Origin: a virus
Lineage: Duplodnaviria > Caudoviricetes
Direction: 5' to 3' (one strand)
Virus record (IMG/VR): IMGVR_UViG_3300021133_000010
Span: 1-41,613 of that record
DNA length: 41,613 bases
Shown here: positions 7,262 through 15,839 of the stretch, in pieces
How the letters are laid out: the number at the start of each line of letters is the position of its first letter
Numbering within the stretch: position 1 is the stretch's first letter
Notes under the pieces: generated by a model
Told to the model about the DNA's origin: nothing
The model's database searches: none
What the model saw: the letters and a program-made list of their open reading frames with translations, nothing else
Translations under genes and position numbers: made by a program

Positions 7262-8991
7262 TGACTATCCCCAAGAGATTCGAAGAAGTACTCGAAGAGC
7301 ACCGAGAGTCTACTCCCGTCTACGTTGCTAGTGTAAGGCCACTAGAGTACAAGACCGGTGGAGTAGTCGCGGGACTATTGGCCGAGGCTTTTCTCGACGG
7401 AGTTAGAATCGGTTATCTTACAGCCGAGCGTCGTGAAGACAACACCTACGTACTAGACGGAGTCTACGTAGATCCACAGCATCGCAACCAGGGCATCGGC
7501 ATGAATCTGGTACGCAAGGCACATCAAACTGCTCCATTTACTCCGTATGTACTTACAGAGAATCAAGTCTACCAGAGTGAAGCCGGACGTCGTATTGCTG
7601 AAAAAGAATACCACATGATGACGGCTAGTACCATACACATAGCCGGCCCACTAGCACTACTGGCGCCTGAAGCACTGGCACTAGGTGGAGAAGCTTTGGG
7701 AGCTGGAGCAGCCGCCGAAGGTGCTGGTGCTGCTGCAGGTGCTGCAGCGGGTGAGGCTGGTGCTGCAGGAAGTACCGCAAGTGAACTAGCAGGTGCTGCC
7801 AAGGGTCTAGGCCGAGCCCATATGGTCAATAATCTAGTAAAAGGCCTCGGTGGGGACAATAGTGGCTCTTCCGGCTCGGATACGGGTAATGCTTCTACAC
7901 AAACCTTTCAACCACAAAGTGTCAATGGAGTCGGCGCTCCCGTAGTCTCAGACGGTAACATCAGTACTGAAGGTGCTCAACCTACTGAAAATCTAAATCA
8001 TGCATCTAAGAATACCACTTGGGAAGTGCGTGAGGCCGGGCTTGGAACAGAACTACTGCACGGAATTGCACAAGCCCCTGGTGACGTAGTAAACGCCGTA
8101 GGGAGAGGCATTAGCTGGGTAGGGCAGGGCATGAGTCACGCTCTACACGATCAAGGAAGTAGTGGCGACTCTAGTGATCCCGGCTTTCACTACATTCCTA
8201 GCACAATCCAAGAAGTTGCTGGTGGTATAGCGGATATGGGAGCTGCTGCAGGTTTGGGCTACGGGGTACATAAGGCCAGACAGTTTACCCGCAAGCACAA
8301 AGGTCTAGGCAATATGATCAATAAGATCAGAAACAGTCCTATGGCCGATAGTGTACGCGATAAGTTCGGCCGAGGAGCTAGTGTACAAATCGAGCTAGAT
8401 CTCGAGCAGGACATTCACAAGATCATGCAGATGCTCAAGTGCCTTTGTGGTAGAAAGTGCGAGGGCATGTTCAACGGCATGCCCCACTGCCTACCCGGTG
8501 AAGGCTGCTGCAGCAACTATGATTCCAATAGTCATGCATGTGGTAGTTGTGGAAACCCAGCAGCCACTGAAAGTTTTAGAGGCATGGCACTTTGCAGCCC
8601 AGGACAACCCGGTTGCAACGAAGAATACCGTCCGGGTAGTGAGAGTATCCCACAAATGGCCGCTGAACACGAAGACTGGGCCGTGAAGACCAATCACGGA
8701 CAATACCGTATGCCCGGTGAGCCCATCAAGCCGGAAGCCCCAATGCAAATGGCTGCTAGTAGAGTGGTGACTAGTTGGGCAGTTACTGCCGACGACTCTA
8801 ATCCCGTAACTCAAGGTCTAGACGCCATGGATCAAGAGCCCGATTCGGTAACAAGTCCCAGTAGCACGGGAGCTGGTGCTGCTGCTAAAGCCGTGGCCAA
8901 ACCTGCTGCAGAAGTAGGCGCTGCTGGATACGCGGTAAGCAAGGCCGTACCGGCCGTCAAGGCCGTTGGCAACCTCATCGGTGATCTCTAG
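7261..8991 (+). CDS. GNAT acetyltransferase domain fused to Ala/Gly-rich and Cys-rich segments
   Basis: VYVDPQHRNQGIG acetyl-CoA binding motif A; TAATG overlap with upstream gene. Confidence 0.8.
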   Translation: MTIPKRFEEVLEEHRESTPVYVASVRPLEYKTGGVVAGLLAEAFLDGVRIGYLTAERREDNTYVLDGVYVDPQHRNQGIGMNLVRKAHQTAPFTPYVLTENQVYQSEAGRRIAEKEYHMMTASTIHIAGPLALLAPEALALGGEALGAGAAAEGAGAAAGAAAGEAGAAGSTASELAGAAKGLGRAHMVNNLVKGLGGDNSGSSGSDTGNASTQTFQPQSVNGVGAPVVSDGNISTEGAQPTENLNHASKNTTWEVREAGLGTELLHGIAQAPGDVVNAVGRGISWVGQGMSHALHDQGSSGDSSDPGFHYIPSTIQEVAGGIADMGAAAGLGYGVHKARQFTRKHKGLGNMINKIRNSPMADSVRDKFGRGASVQIELDLEQDIHKIMQMLKCLCGRKCEGMFNGMPHCLPGEGCCSNYDSNSHACGSCGNPAATESFRGMALCSPGQPGCNEEYRPGSESIPQMAAEHEDWAVKTNHGQYRMPGEPIKPEAPMQMAASRVVTSWAVTADDSNPVTQGLDAMDQEPDSVTSPSSTGAGAAAKAVAKPAAEVGAAGYAVSKAVPAVKAVGNLIGDL

Positions 8992-9024
8992 AGTTAATGT
9001 AACTGGACCGGGTCGGTATAGTAG

Positions 9025-9738
9025 ATGACAATGATACGTAGAATAGCCGACATCCTCGACTCCAACTACTCGGGCGATGACATGCTCAAGAGCGTGGACC
9101 CAGAGCAGCGTGAAGAAGAGGGTCACGGACTACCGGGACAAATACAAAAGGGTGTTGTAGGGACCAGTAACTCCATAGAGAGCGACGACCACTCCACTGG
9201 ACCCATCGGATATTCGGGACACTCCATTAGCCTTGATGGTCCAGCACCTCAAGACGTACTAGGACTACAGGGACTAGAACGCGGCTATAGTGCAGTACCC
9301 ATGAGTCACGTAGAGGGTCCCAACGTCAAAGACCTCGTAGGAAAAGAGAATATGATCGTGCAAGAAAACACTCGACTAGCCAGTACTGAAGACTACCTCA
9401 ACTTATTCCAAAAGGAGTCCACGGCTACACGTCTCTATTACCAAGGCTATATGGATGCCATGGACGGAAAGCCTCTGGACGAAGACCTAGCACTTCTTAG
9501 CAAGGAATACTACAACGGCTACGAAGAGGCCAGATTCTACAACAAGACTCCACAGCAGAGTGTCGGACAGAACTTGTTCAATATGAAGCCCAATAGCAAC
9601 AGTCTCCCACGGCCTGGGGAGATGACTCCAGAACAGGCTGACCGAGGACTCAACGAGCTAACCGACGGGACCAACCGTGCAACTGCCGGTAAGACAGTTT
9701 TCCCTATAGATGTAATCACCAAGTTCTTCGAGGTATAG
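9025..9738 (+). CDS. hypothetical protein
   Basis: 237-aa ORF in the operon, downstream of a TGTAA motif. Confidence 0.8.
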   Translation: MTMIRRIADILDSNYSGDDMLKSVDPEQREEEGHGLPGQIQKGVVGTSNSIESDDHSTGPIGYSGHSISLDGPAPQDVLGLQGLERGYSAVPMSHVEGPNVKDLVGKENMIVQENTRLASTEDYLNLFQKESTATRLYYQGYMDAMDGKPLDEDLALLSKEYYNGYEEARFYNKTPQQSVGQNLFNMKPNSNSLPRPGEMTPEQADRGLNELTDGTNRATAGKTVFPIDVITKFFEV

Positions 9739-9739
9739 A

Positions 9740-10378
9740 GTGAACCCCTGCCCACTTTGTTCAGGCCAGCTAATTCACAAGGTCAGTAGTGCTGGACCCG
9801 AGATCTACTGCAATGACTGTCGCAATATCATCTTGTCTTCGAGTCTCGGCTTTATAGCCACCGCCGATCAACAAGTAGAAGAGTGTGAAGTCGAGGGAGT
9901 TCCGGGGTTTAAGGGTCCGGGCAAGAAGGCCAAGTGCTGGACCTACCAGAACGACCAAGAAAAGTCTGCAGCACGTGAAAAGGCCGAGGCTTCAGCTCAC
10001 AATAGTGAGCGTATGGCCCACGTCTCTCGTCTAATCAATAAGCACTCGACGTCTTTTAGCAACACTTCGGCTCCAGCTGCAGTTAACCCCATGGCCAGTC
10101 AGACCGTTAAGCCTCCAGCTGCTCCAGAAAGTGCCATGTCTGCTGCAAGTGCCACTGGCATGGTTGGCGCCAATGGTCTAAACATCGACAGTGCAGGAAG
10201 TCCCGACAATGGGCCTCTGTCCACTGCCACTGCTTCTCGTAGACGACTCTACGCATTGGCCACTGAACTAGATGCGGATCCAGAACACCCTAAGATTGAC
10301 TCGGGTATGTTGGAGGCACTAGGACATCCATTTTGTACAGCACACAACTCTTATGAATGTGCATGTGGCTACAAATAA
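9740..10378 (+). CDS. hypothetical protein with N-terminal zinc ribbon
   Basis: CPLC...CNDC; starts 1 nt after the upstream stop. Confidence 0.8.
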   Translation: MNPCPLCSGQLIHKVSSAGPEIYCNDCRNIILSSSLGFIATADQQVEECEVEGVPGFKGPGKKAKCWTYQNDQEKSAAREKAEASAHNSERMAHVSRLINKHSTSFSNTSAPAAVNPMASQTVKPPAAPESAMSAASATGMVGANGLNIDSAGSPDNGPLSTATASRRRLYALATELDADPEHPKIDSGMLEALGHPFCTAHNSYECACGYK

Positions 10379-10437
10379 TCCATTGTAATTTTTGTTCAAA
10401 GACACCATAGTCGATAGGAACACGGAAAGATCTAATT

Positions 10438-11148
10438 ATGCACTACGATGACATAATCCACGAAGCCAGGACGGCCTCAGCCGACGTTCGTTGGTTTAAT
10501 GGCACTTCAGAGAGCATCTTTGCTCGTCTAGACCGTCTACAAGAGATCTTAGACACCACTAGGATGGCCGCTTCCAGAGACACGGTTGGTGAACTCGAGA
10601 TGGAGCACTATGCCAGCATCCTTTCAGAGCTAGGAACGGAAAAGGAGCAGCTCGAGAAGTTGGCTGCCGAGTACGTGGACTTCGACACGGAAGAGTACCT
10701 CAATAGCCTCCCCGGTGGTACCATTGCCAAGGAATACCGAGTGAGTAGTGCCGGTACCAGTGACCTAGGCCAAGACGATGGCAGTCTGCTCTACCGTACG
10801 GCAAGTGCCGTGGAGAACGAGTACCGTGATGCCGATTGGATCAATGTAGTTACGGCCGGCGCAGAAGTTTGGGTAGAAGACCAGCACTCCCGACTTCTAG
10901 CCGACTCCCTAGATACTCGTGAAGCCGCCGTGTTCTACATCGAGCAAAAGACTCTTCCCATCCTAGACGTGGTCAAGAGAGCCAGTATCATTGAAAACTT
11001 TGTAGACAACGTAGAGATCTGCCGCAGAGCCAAGAGAGAAGGACAAGAGTTCCGAGCCACGAAGAGTGCAAGTGCCAATAGACTTGCCGCCAACTTCGTC
11101 AAGGAAGCCTTGGACGACTCCTTCGGAGACGACCTTAACTGGCTATAA
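10438..11148 (+). CDS. hypothetical protein (helical, repeated RTA/RMA sites)
   Basis: 236-aa ORF downstream of a TGTAA motif. Confidence 0.85.
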   Translation: MHYDDIIHEARTASADVRWFNGTSESIFARLDRLQEILDTTRMAASRDTVGELEMEHYASILSELGTEKEQLEKLAAEYVDFDTEEYLNSLPGGTIAKEYRVSSAGTSDLGQDDGSLLYRTASAVENEYRDADWINVVTAGAEVWVEDQHSRLLADSLDTREAAVFYIEQKTLPILDVVKRASIIENFVDNVEICRRAKREGQEFRATKSASANRLAANFVKEALDDSFGDDLNWL

Positions 11149-11149
11149 G

Positions 11150-11782
11150 ATGAACCAACTACAAGACGGTTTTCTAGTACTAGGCGGACTTTCCAGTGCT
11201 CAAGATGTTAATCCAGCACTAGGCGAAATCAATAATCTAGGTTGTAGTTGTAATGCACCGTTGGTCGATAACGCCGGTGATAGTAATGTTTGTCTACACT
11301 GTAGGGGCCAATTACACCACGCTGGTCGTACGGCGGCCAAGTCTACAGAACTCGTAGATCACCTCAAAAAGTGTCTGGCCGAAGCCACAATTCTCTACCA
11401 CATGAGTCATGGATTCCACTGGAACGTCAAGGGTCCTGATTTCCAAGAATACCACACCCTGTTTGAAACCATTTACTCGGACATCTACGAGAGTCTAGAC
11501 CCCATTGCCGAAAACATCGTCAAGTTGGGCAATGTCGCTCCCTTTAGCCTTAAGACTCTACTAGGGCTTAGCGACATCAAAGAAGTTGGAGACCTAAGAA
11601 GTGAGCCACAAGGTCTAGTCAAGACTCTACAAAGCAAGAATGCCCAGATGATCAAAAGTCTCAAGAGTTGCTTCGACAAAGCCAACAAAGACAATGAACA
11701 AGGTGTTGCTAACTTTATCGCTGAACGCATTGATATGCATCAAAAGTGGGATTGGCAACTCAAGGCAAGTCTAGGCATCTAG
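11150..11782 (+). CDS. dps: Dps-family mini-ferritin with N-terminal extension
   Basis: SHGFHWNVKGPDFQEYHTLFE...LDPIAENIVKLG signature with ferroxidase H/H/D/E residues; C-terminal HQKWDWQL. Confidence 0.92.
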   Translation: MNQLQDGFLVLGGLSSAQDVNPALGEINNLGCSCNAPLVDNAGDSNVCLHCRGQLHHAGRTAAKSTELVDHLKKCLAEATILYHMSHGFHWNVKGPDFQEYHTLFETIYSDIYESLDPIAENIVKLGNVAPFSLKTLLGLSDIKEVGDLRSEPQGLVKTLQSKNAQMIKSLKSCFDKANKDNEQGVANFIAERIDMHQKWDWQLKASLGI

Positions 11783-11787
11783 GAGAC

Positions 11788-12021
11788 ATGGTGGATTCTA
11801 CGGCTGAGAATATCAGTAGAGTAGTTGCCATACTAACAGCAATTGTCAGTGAACAGGAGGAGCTAGCTTACGATCTGGTGCTAGAATCCGATCCCGTAGA
11901 GCTCTTTAGTGCACTTACGGGCATCCTCCTTAGTGCCCTCAATAGAATTGCAGAATCCAACGGGAGAAAGATCGAAGACTATCTACAAGAGCTAGGTATC
12001 TTCGCTTCCAAAGCCAAGTAA
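11788..12021 (+). CDS. hypothetical protein
   Basis: AGGAG before ATG 11788. Confidence 0.75.
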   Translation: MVDSTAENISRVVAILTAIVSEQEELAYDLVLESDPVELFSALTGILLSALNRIAESNGRKIEDYLQELGIFASKAK

Positions 12022-12023
12022 AT

Positions 12024-12323
12024 ATGGAACTAGAATTACCAGAAGGCGTCTTCTTTAATCTAGAAGACTCTGAAAATCAAACAGAACTTCTAGAAGTAGA
12101 TCTAGTCATAGAAAGTAGTGACTGGAGCTGCGGGCAGTGTGACATTATACTATCTAGTAAACTACTAGATATAAATGGACACTATGAGGGACACATCATT
12201 AATTGCAAAAATGGTGCTGTACTATGGCACAACATTCTCCCTCGTAACCTAGAGCGTTCGTCAATAATGCTCAAAGAGAATCTAGACAGGAAGTCTAGAG
12301 CTCATATAGAGAGGCATAAATGA
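12024..12323 (+). CDS. hypothetical protein
   Basis: ORF abutting both neighbours. Confidence 0.7.
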   Translation: MELELPEGVFFNLEDSENQTELLEVDLVIESSDWSCGQCDIILSSKLLDINGHYEGHIINCKNGAVLWHNILPRNLERSSIMLKENLDRKSRAHIERHK

Positions 12324-12490
12324 TTAGATACAGCACTACACCTATGAAGGGTTCTAAGGCAATACTAGACCCAGGAGTAGCACCCAAGTCCACTAGTGAC
12401 TCCCAGGGACTTAACGATAACCAAAAGCCGGGGCAAGGAGTGGCTTCTACTGAGGATCTTGATGCACAAGATCAAAACGGTACCGACTAA
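12320..12490 (+). CDS. 56-aa low-complexity protein (MIRYSTTP..., not in ORF track)
   Basis: hand translation; ATGA overlap upstream and stop 1 nt before the next GTG, filling the gap exactly. Confidence 0.6.
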   Translation: MIRYSTTPMKGSKAILDPGVAPKSTSDSQGLNDNQKPGQGVASTEDLDAQDQNGTD

Positions 12491-12491
12491 G

Positions 12492-13331
12492 GTGGAAAAT
12501 CTAGATCCGGTAGTACACATTATGATCCCGGATACACAGGTCAAACCCGATGTACCACTAGATCATCTCGGCTGGATTGGTAACTTCATAGTAGAAGACT
12601 ACCATAATAAAGAAGCCAAGATTATACACATCGGTGACCACTGGGATATGCCGAGTCTTAGTCAATACGACCGTGGTACCAAGGCCATGGAGGGTCGTCG
12701 TTACCAAGACGACATTGACTGGGGCAATGAGGGTTGGAGAGTGCTTAACCAACCGCTCTACGACTACAACGAAAACCGTAAAAAGACCAAGCACAAGGTT
12801 TGGAACCCCGAACGACACTTCTTCGAAGGCAACCACGAAAATCGCGTGGATCGAGCCATTAACGCGAATCCCCAACTCGAGGGTATGCTGGGTACACATT
12901 TGTTTGATGTAGAACGCAGCGGCTGGCAATATCACAAGTACCAGCAAATAGCCAACATTGACGGTGTACGCTACGCTCACTTCTTCTATAACCCCATGTC
13001 GGGTAAACCCTTCGGCGGAGAAAATATCAACCTTCGCATTAAGACTATCGGCCACTCGTTCAGCCAGGGCCATCAGCAAACTCTCATGTACGGTCTACGT
13101 TTTACCAGTGATGGAACTAGTCAACACGGACTAGTGGCCGGTGCATGCTACCTACACGACGAAGAGTACAAGGGTCCCCAGGGCAACGCTCACTGGCGAG
13201 GCATTATCGTCAAGCATCAAGTGCGAGAAGGTAGCTACGACCCCATGTTCGTGAGCCTCGACTATCTATGTCGTAGATTCGAGGGTTGTAGTCTAGAGCA
13301 CTTTATGAAGACCAAGTACCCGAACCTGTAA
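12492..13331 (+). CDS. calcineurin-like metallophosphoesterase
   Basis: IPDTQ, HIGDHWD, EGNHE, YAH, QGHQQ metal-binding motifs; start reassigned to GTG 12492. Confidence 0.85.
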   Translation: MENLDPVVHIMIPDTQVKPDVPLDHLGWIGNFIVEDYHNKEAKIIHIGDHWDMPSLSQYDRGTKAMEGRRYQDDIDWGNEGWRVLNQPLYDYNENRKKTKHKVWNPERHFFEGNHENRVDRAINANPQLEGMLGTHLFDVERSGWQYHKYQQIANIDGVRYAHFFYNPMSGKPFGGENINLRIKTIGHSFSQGHQQTLMYGLRFTSDGTSQHGLVAGACYLHDEEYKGPQGNAHWRGIIVKHQVREGSYDPMFVSLDYLCRRFEGCSLEHFMKTKYPNL

Positions 13332-13372
13332 AAGCCCTCCTAGATCAATTAGACTATAACCTAGGAGCTACT

Positions 13373-14431
13373 TTGCCACGTCGTAACTTTCGTTGTGAAT
13401 TTAATCCCTATATTACACCCGAGAACCACGATGGTGTAATATTGTCGGTCTTGGCTCAGTTTGACAGTTACTTCGCAGAGCCCGAAATTACTATGACTGG
13501 TGACAACGAGTTTACTCTAACCGTAGAGGTCAGTGACGTCTTGACCCCTACAATGGTCCGAGACAAACTATTATGGAACTACTTTGTCCATTCGGTTACA
13601 GCTCAAGAGGCCATACGCAAAGTACAGATACTCCGTCTACCCAAGTCCGGCAGTCCAGACACGGAATCACACGTTAATGGAGAGGGTTCAGTGGGAGCCT
13701 TCGGACCCGGAGGCAGTGACAGTGGAGTCAACGAGAAGTTCAACTCGCCCCAAGAAAACCCGCCGTCTTACATCATAGGAGTTCCTCCACAAAAAGAACT
13801 CGGTAATGTTGCCAAGCGTAGATTTAACAGTGGGCTACACTATGCTGATCCCACCCAAACCGACATGCCTATGCCCATGGTAAAGAACGAAGAAGGCAAC
13901 TCTATAAATCCCGAAGTCTTGGGTGACATAAACGATCTAGAGAGTGCCGGTGGCAGAAAGGTTACTCCGGTATTCGGAGTACAGTCGAGTCGTCGTTATG
14001 CCACTAGTCCTGGTGATGCTGGTGGCTTCTTTGGAGACCCACCAGCCCGAGCTACACAGCGTGGTGTAAATGTTACACAGGCTCCGCAAAAAACTCGTGG
14101 GCGCACCGAACAAAACGAAGGAATTACAGACCCGGGTACAGCACCCCCGATAAGCTTCCAAGGCTTCTTCGGCAATGACCCACTAGTCGATGATAGTTTT
14201 AAGACCCAGAGTGAACACTCCCAAGGCCCTTTGGACTTTAGTATTGCCGCCAACAAGAAAAACGATGTAGTCAACCAAGACTACGAAGAAGGCCCCGTAC
14301 CCCCACTAGGCAACGGAGATGACGCTGACGGAGAACCCGTCAATCACGGTTGGTTTAGCGCCAGTGCAGTATTTGGATTAAATGAACACTATACATATGA
14401 AAGTGACGTAAATGACGACTTCGACTTTTAA
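13373..14431 (+). CDS. hypothetical protein (folded N-terminus, long disordered C-terminus)
   Basis: AGGAG before TTG; 352-aa ORF. Confidence 0.8.
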   Translation: MPRRNFRCEFNPYITPENHDGVILSVLAQFDSYFAEPEITMTGDNEFTLTVEVSDVLTPTMVRDKLLWNYFVHSVTAQEAIRKVQILRLPKSGSPDTESHVNGEGSVGAFGPGGSDSGVNEKFNSPQENPPSYIIGVPPQKELGNVAKRRFNSGLHYADPTQTDMPMPMVKNEEGNSINPEVLGDINDLESAGGRKVTPVFGVQSSRRYATSPGDAGGFFGDPPARATQRGVNVTQAPQKTRGRTEQNEGITDPGTAPPISFQGFFGNDPLVDDSFKTQSEHSQGPLDFSIAANKKNDVVNQDYEEGPVPPLGNGDDADGEPVNHGWFSASAVFGLNEHYTYESDVNDDFDF

Positions 14432-14975
14432 GGTCTATGGAGCCGGAGAAACAGCCGCCAAGTTTAAGCCGGGTGATTACATACTAGTATCCACTACGGG
14501 TATCCTAGCACGATTCATACGATTCGGTCAGTTTATTCGTTACCACGGCAAGATGAAGCCGTTCAGTCACTGGAACCATGCAGCCATGATCGTGGACGAA
14601 GACGGTACCATCGTCGAGGCCATAGGACGAGGCGTAGTCTACGGTCACATTAGCGAGTACCAAGATGTCGAGTACTACCTAGTCAATACCAAGATGAATG
14701 CTCAGAGTAGAGCCCAGTCAATTGCTGCTTGTAAGAGTTTCCTCAAGGACAAATACGGTTGGTGGACCATTGCCAGTATCGCCACCGAACTACTTACCGG
14801 TATTAAACTACAGTTTACCAATAGCAATACCATGATCTGTAGTGCAGTAGTGGCTCAGAGCCTTTGGGCCGGTGGAGTCATCTTTGACCGTAACCCTTAC
14901 CAGATGATGCCTGCAGATCTAGCTGCAGTCTTTGATGTACGAGTTTCAATAAAAAAAGTTGATTCTTCCAACTGA
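14412..14975 (+). CDS. permuted papain-like NlpC/P60 enzyme (YaeF/YiiX-like)
   Basis: KPGDYILV, WNHAAM (His), IVEA, ICSAVV (Cys after His), PADL. Confidence 0.8.
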   Translation: MTTSTFKVYGAGETAAKFKPGDYILVSTTGILARFIRFGQFIRYHGKMKPFSHWNHAAMIVDEDGTIVEAIGRGVVYGHISEYQDVEYYLVNTKMNAQSRAQSIAACKSFLKDKYGWWTIASIATELLTGIKLQFTNSNTMICSAVVAQSLWAGGVIFDRNPYQMMPADLAAVFDVRVSIKKVDSSN

Positions 14976-14987
14976 TGGCGTTATATT
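14959..14987 (+). promoter_or_regulatory. housekeeping-sigma promoter TTGATT-N17-TATATT
   Basis: -35 at 14959-14964, -10 at 14982-14987, A-tract immediately upstream. Confidence 0.65.
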
Positions 14988-14994
14988 ACTAACT

Positions 14995-15150
14995 ATGAAG
15001 ACTGTCATAACTATTAGTTATAACCCAACCAACTCCCAAAGCGAAGAACTCACCAGACAGGAGATCGGTGAGACCATCGGTGGACTCTTGAACAGTCTAC
15101 GTACACAGGTCAACGATGTGAGATTTACCGTCGAAAACTTCGACGAGTAA
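14995..15150 (+). CDS. 51-aa hypothetical protein, probably leaderless
   Basis: ATG 7 nt after the -10 box; no SD. Confidence 0.65.
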   Translation: MKTVITISYNPTNSQSEELTRQEIGETIGGLLNSLRTQVNDVRFTVENFDE

Positions 15151-15156
15151 GACAAC

Positions 15157-15227
15157 GCCTCTGTAGCATAATGGTATTGCGGCTGTTTTGTAATCAGCTG
15201 GTGCGGGTTCAATTCCTGCCGGGGGCT
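15157..15227 (+). tRNA. tRNA-Thr(UGU)
   Basis: acceptor GCCTCTG/CGGGGGC, anticodon loop TTTGTAA, T arm GCGGG-TTCAATT-CCTGC; no encoded CCA. Confidence 0.85.
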
Positions 15228-15250
15228 CTCCTACAACAAAAGGATAAGAT

Positions 15251-15505
15251 ATGAGTACAACAGCAACAGTAACCACCATTGCAGTTTCTTGGCTCGGTAG
15301 CATTGGTGCAGCCGTCACGGGCTTTGTCAAGCAGGTCAAGCGGGTAGAGACTCAGGTCTCTGCTACGGTCACCAAGGTCGAGAAGCAACTGGATGCCGCT
15401 CTGGCCGAGGTCGCTACGCTTACGGCCAAGGTCGAGGCACTAACTCCTCCACCGGCACCGGCCAAGGCTGCAGCCAAAAAGCCGGGACCCAAGCCCAAGG
15501 CCTAG
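15251..15505 (+). CDS. small protein: hydrophobic N-terminus, coiled coil, Pro/Ala/Lys tail
   Basis: AAGGA before ATG; GC-rich third codon positions. Confidence 0.8.
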   Translation: MSTTATVTTIAVSWLGSIGAAVTGFVKQVKRVETQVSATVTKVEKQLDAALAEVATLTAKVEALTPPPAPAKAAAKKPGPKPKA

Positions 15506-15512
15506 AAGTCCA

Positions 15513-15585
15513 TCCTAGATAGCTCAATTGGCAGAGCAAGCGACTGTTAATCGCTGGGTTGTAGGTTCGAGTCCTACTCTGGGAG
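15513..15585 (+). tRNA. tRNA-Asn(GUU)
   Basis: acceptor TCCTAGA/TCTGGGA, D arm GCTC/GAGC, anticodon arm AGCGA-CTGTTAA-TCGCT, T loop TTCGAGT. Confidence 0.95.
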
Positions 15586-15589
15586 CTGT

Positions 15590-15677
15590 GGAATAATGCG
15601 AGAGCGGCCGAATCGGACTCACTGCTAATGAGTTGTGGGGAAACTCACCGTAGGTTCGAATCCTACTTATTCCGCCA
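15590..15677 (+). tRNA. tRNA-Ser(GCU)
   Basis: acceptor GGAATAA/TTATTCC, anticodon arm ACTCA-CTGCTAA-TGAGT, long variable arm, discriminator G and CCA. Confidence 0.95.
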
Positions 15678-15678
15678 T

Positions 15679-15757
15679 CCGGGGAGGTGCTGCGTTGGTT
15701 GCGGCAGTGGAGCTTATATCTCCATGGACACAGGTTCAATTCCTGTTCCCCGGACCA
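15679..15757 (+). tRNA. tRNA-Ile(UAU), atypical D arm
   Basis: acceptor CCGGGGA/TCCCCGG, anticodon arm TGGAG-CTTATAT-CTCCA, T arm ACAGG-TTCAATT-CCTGT, ACCA end. Confidence 0.85.
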
Positions 15758-15839
15758 ATGTAATACGGTACGTATTCTAGTCTAGGACTTAGTAAACCCT
15801 TTGTCCAGCGATCCTCGGGATCAGAATACGGAGAATGTC

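Noticed and set aside
15679-15757. Selenocysteine or suppressor tRNA, suggested by the long D stem
   Set aside because: Anticodon is TAT and there is no long variable arm.
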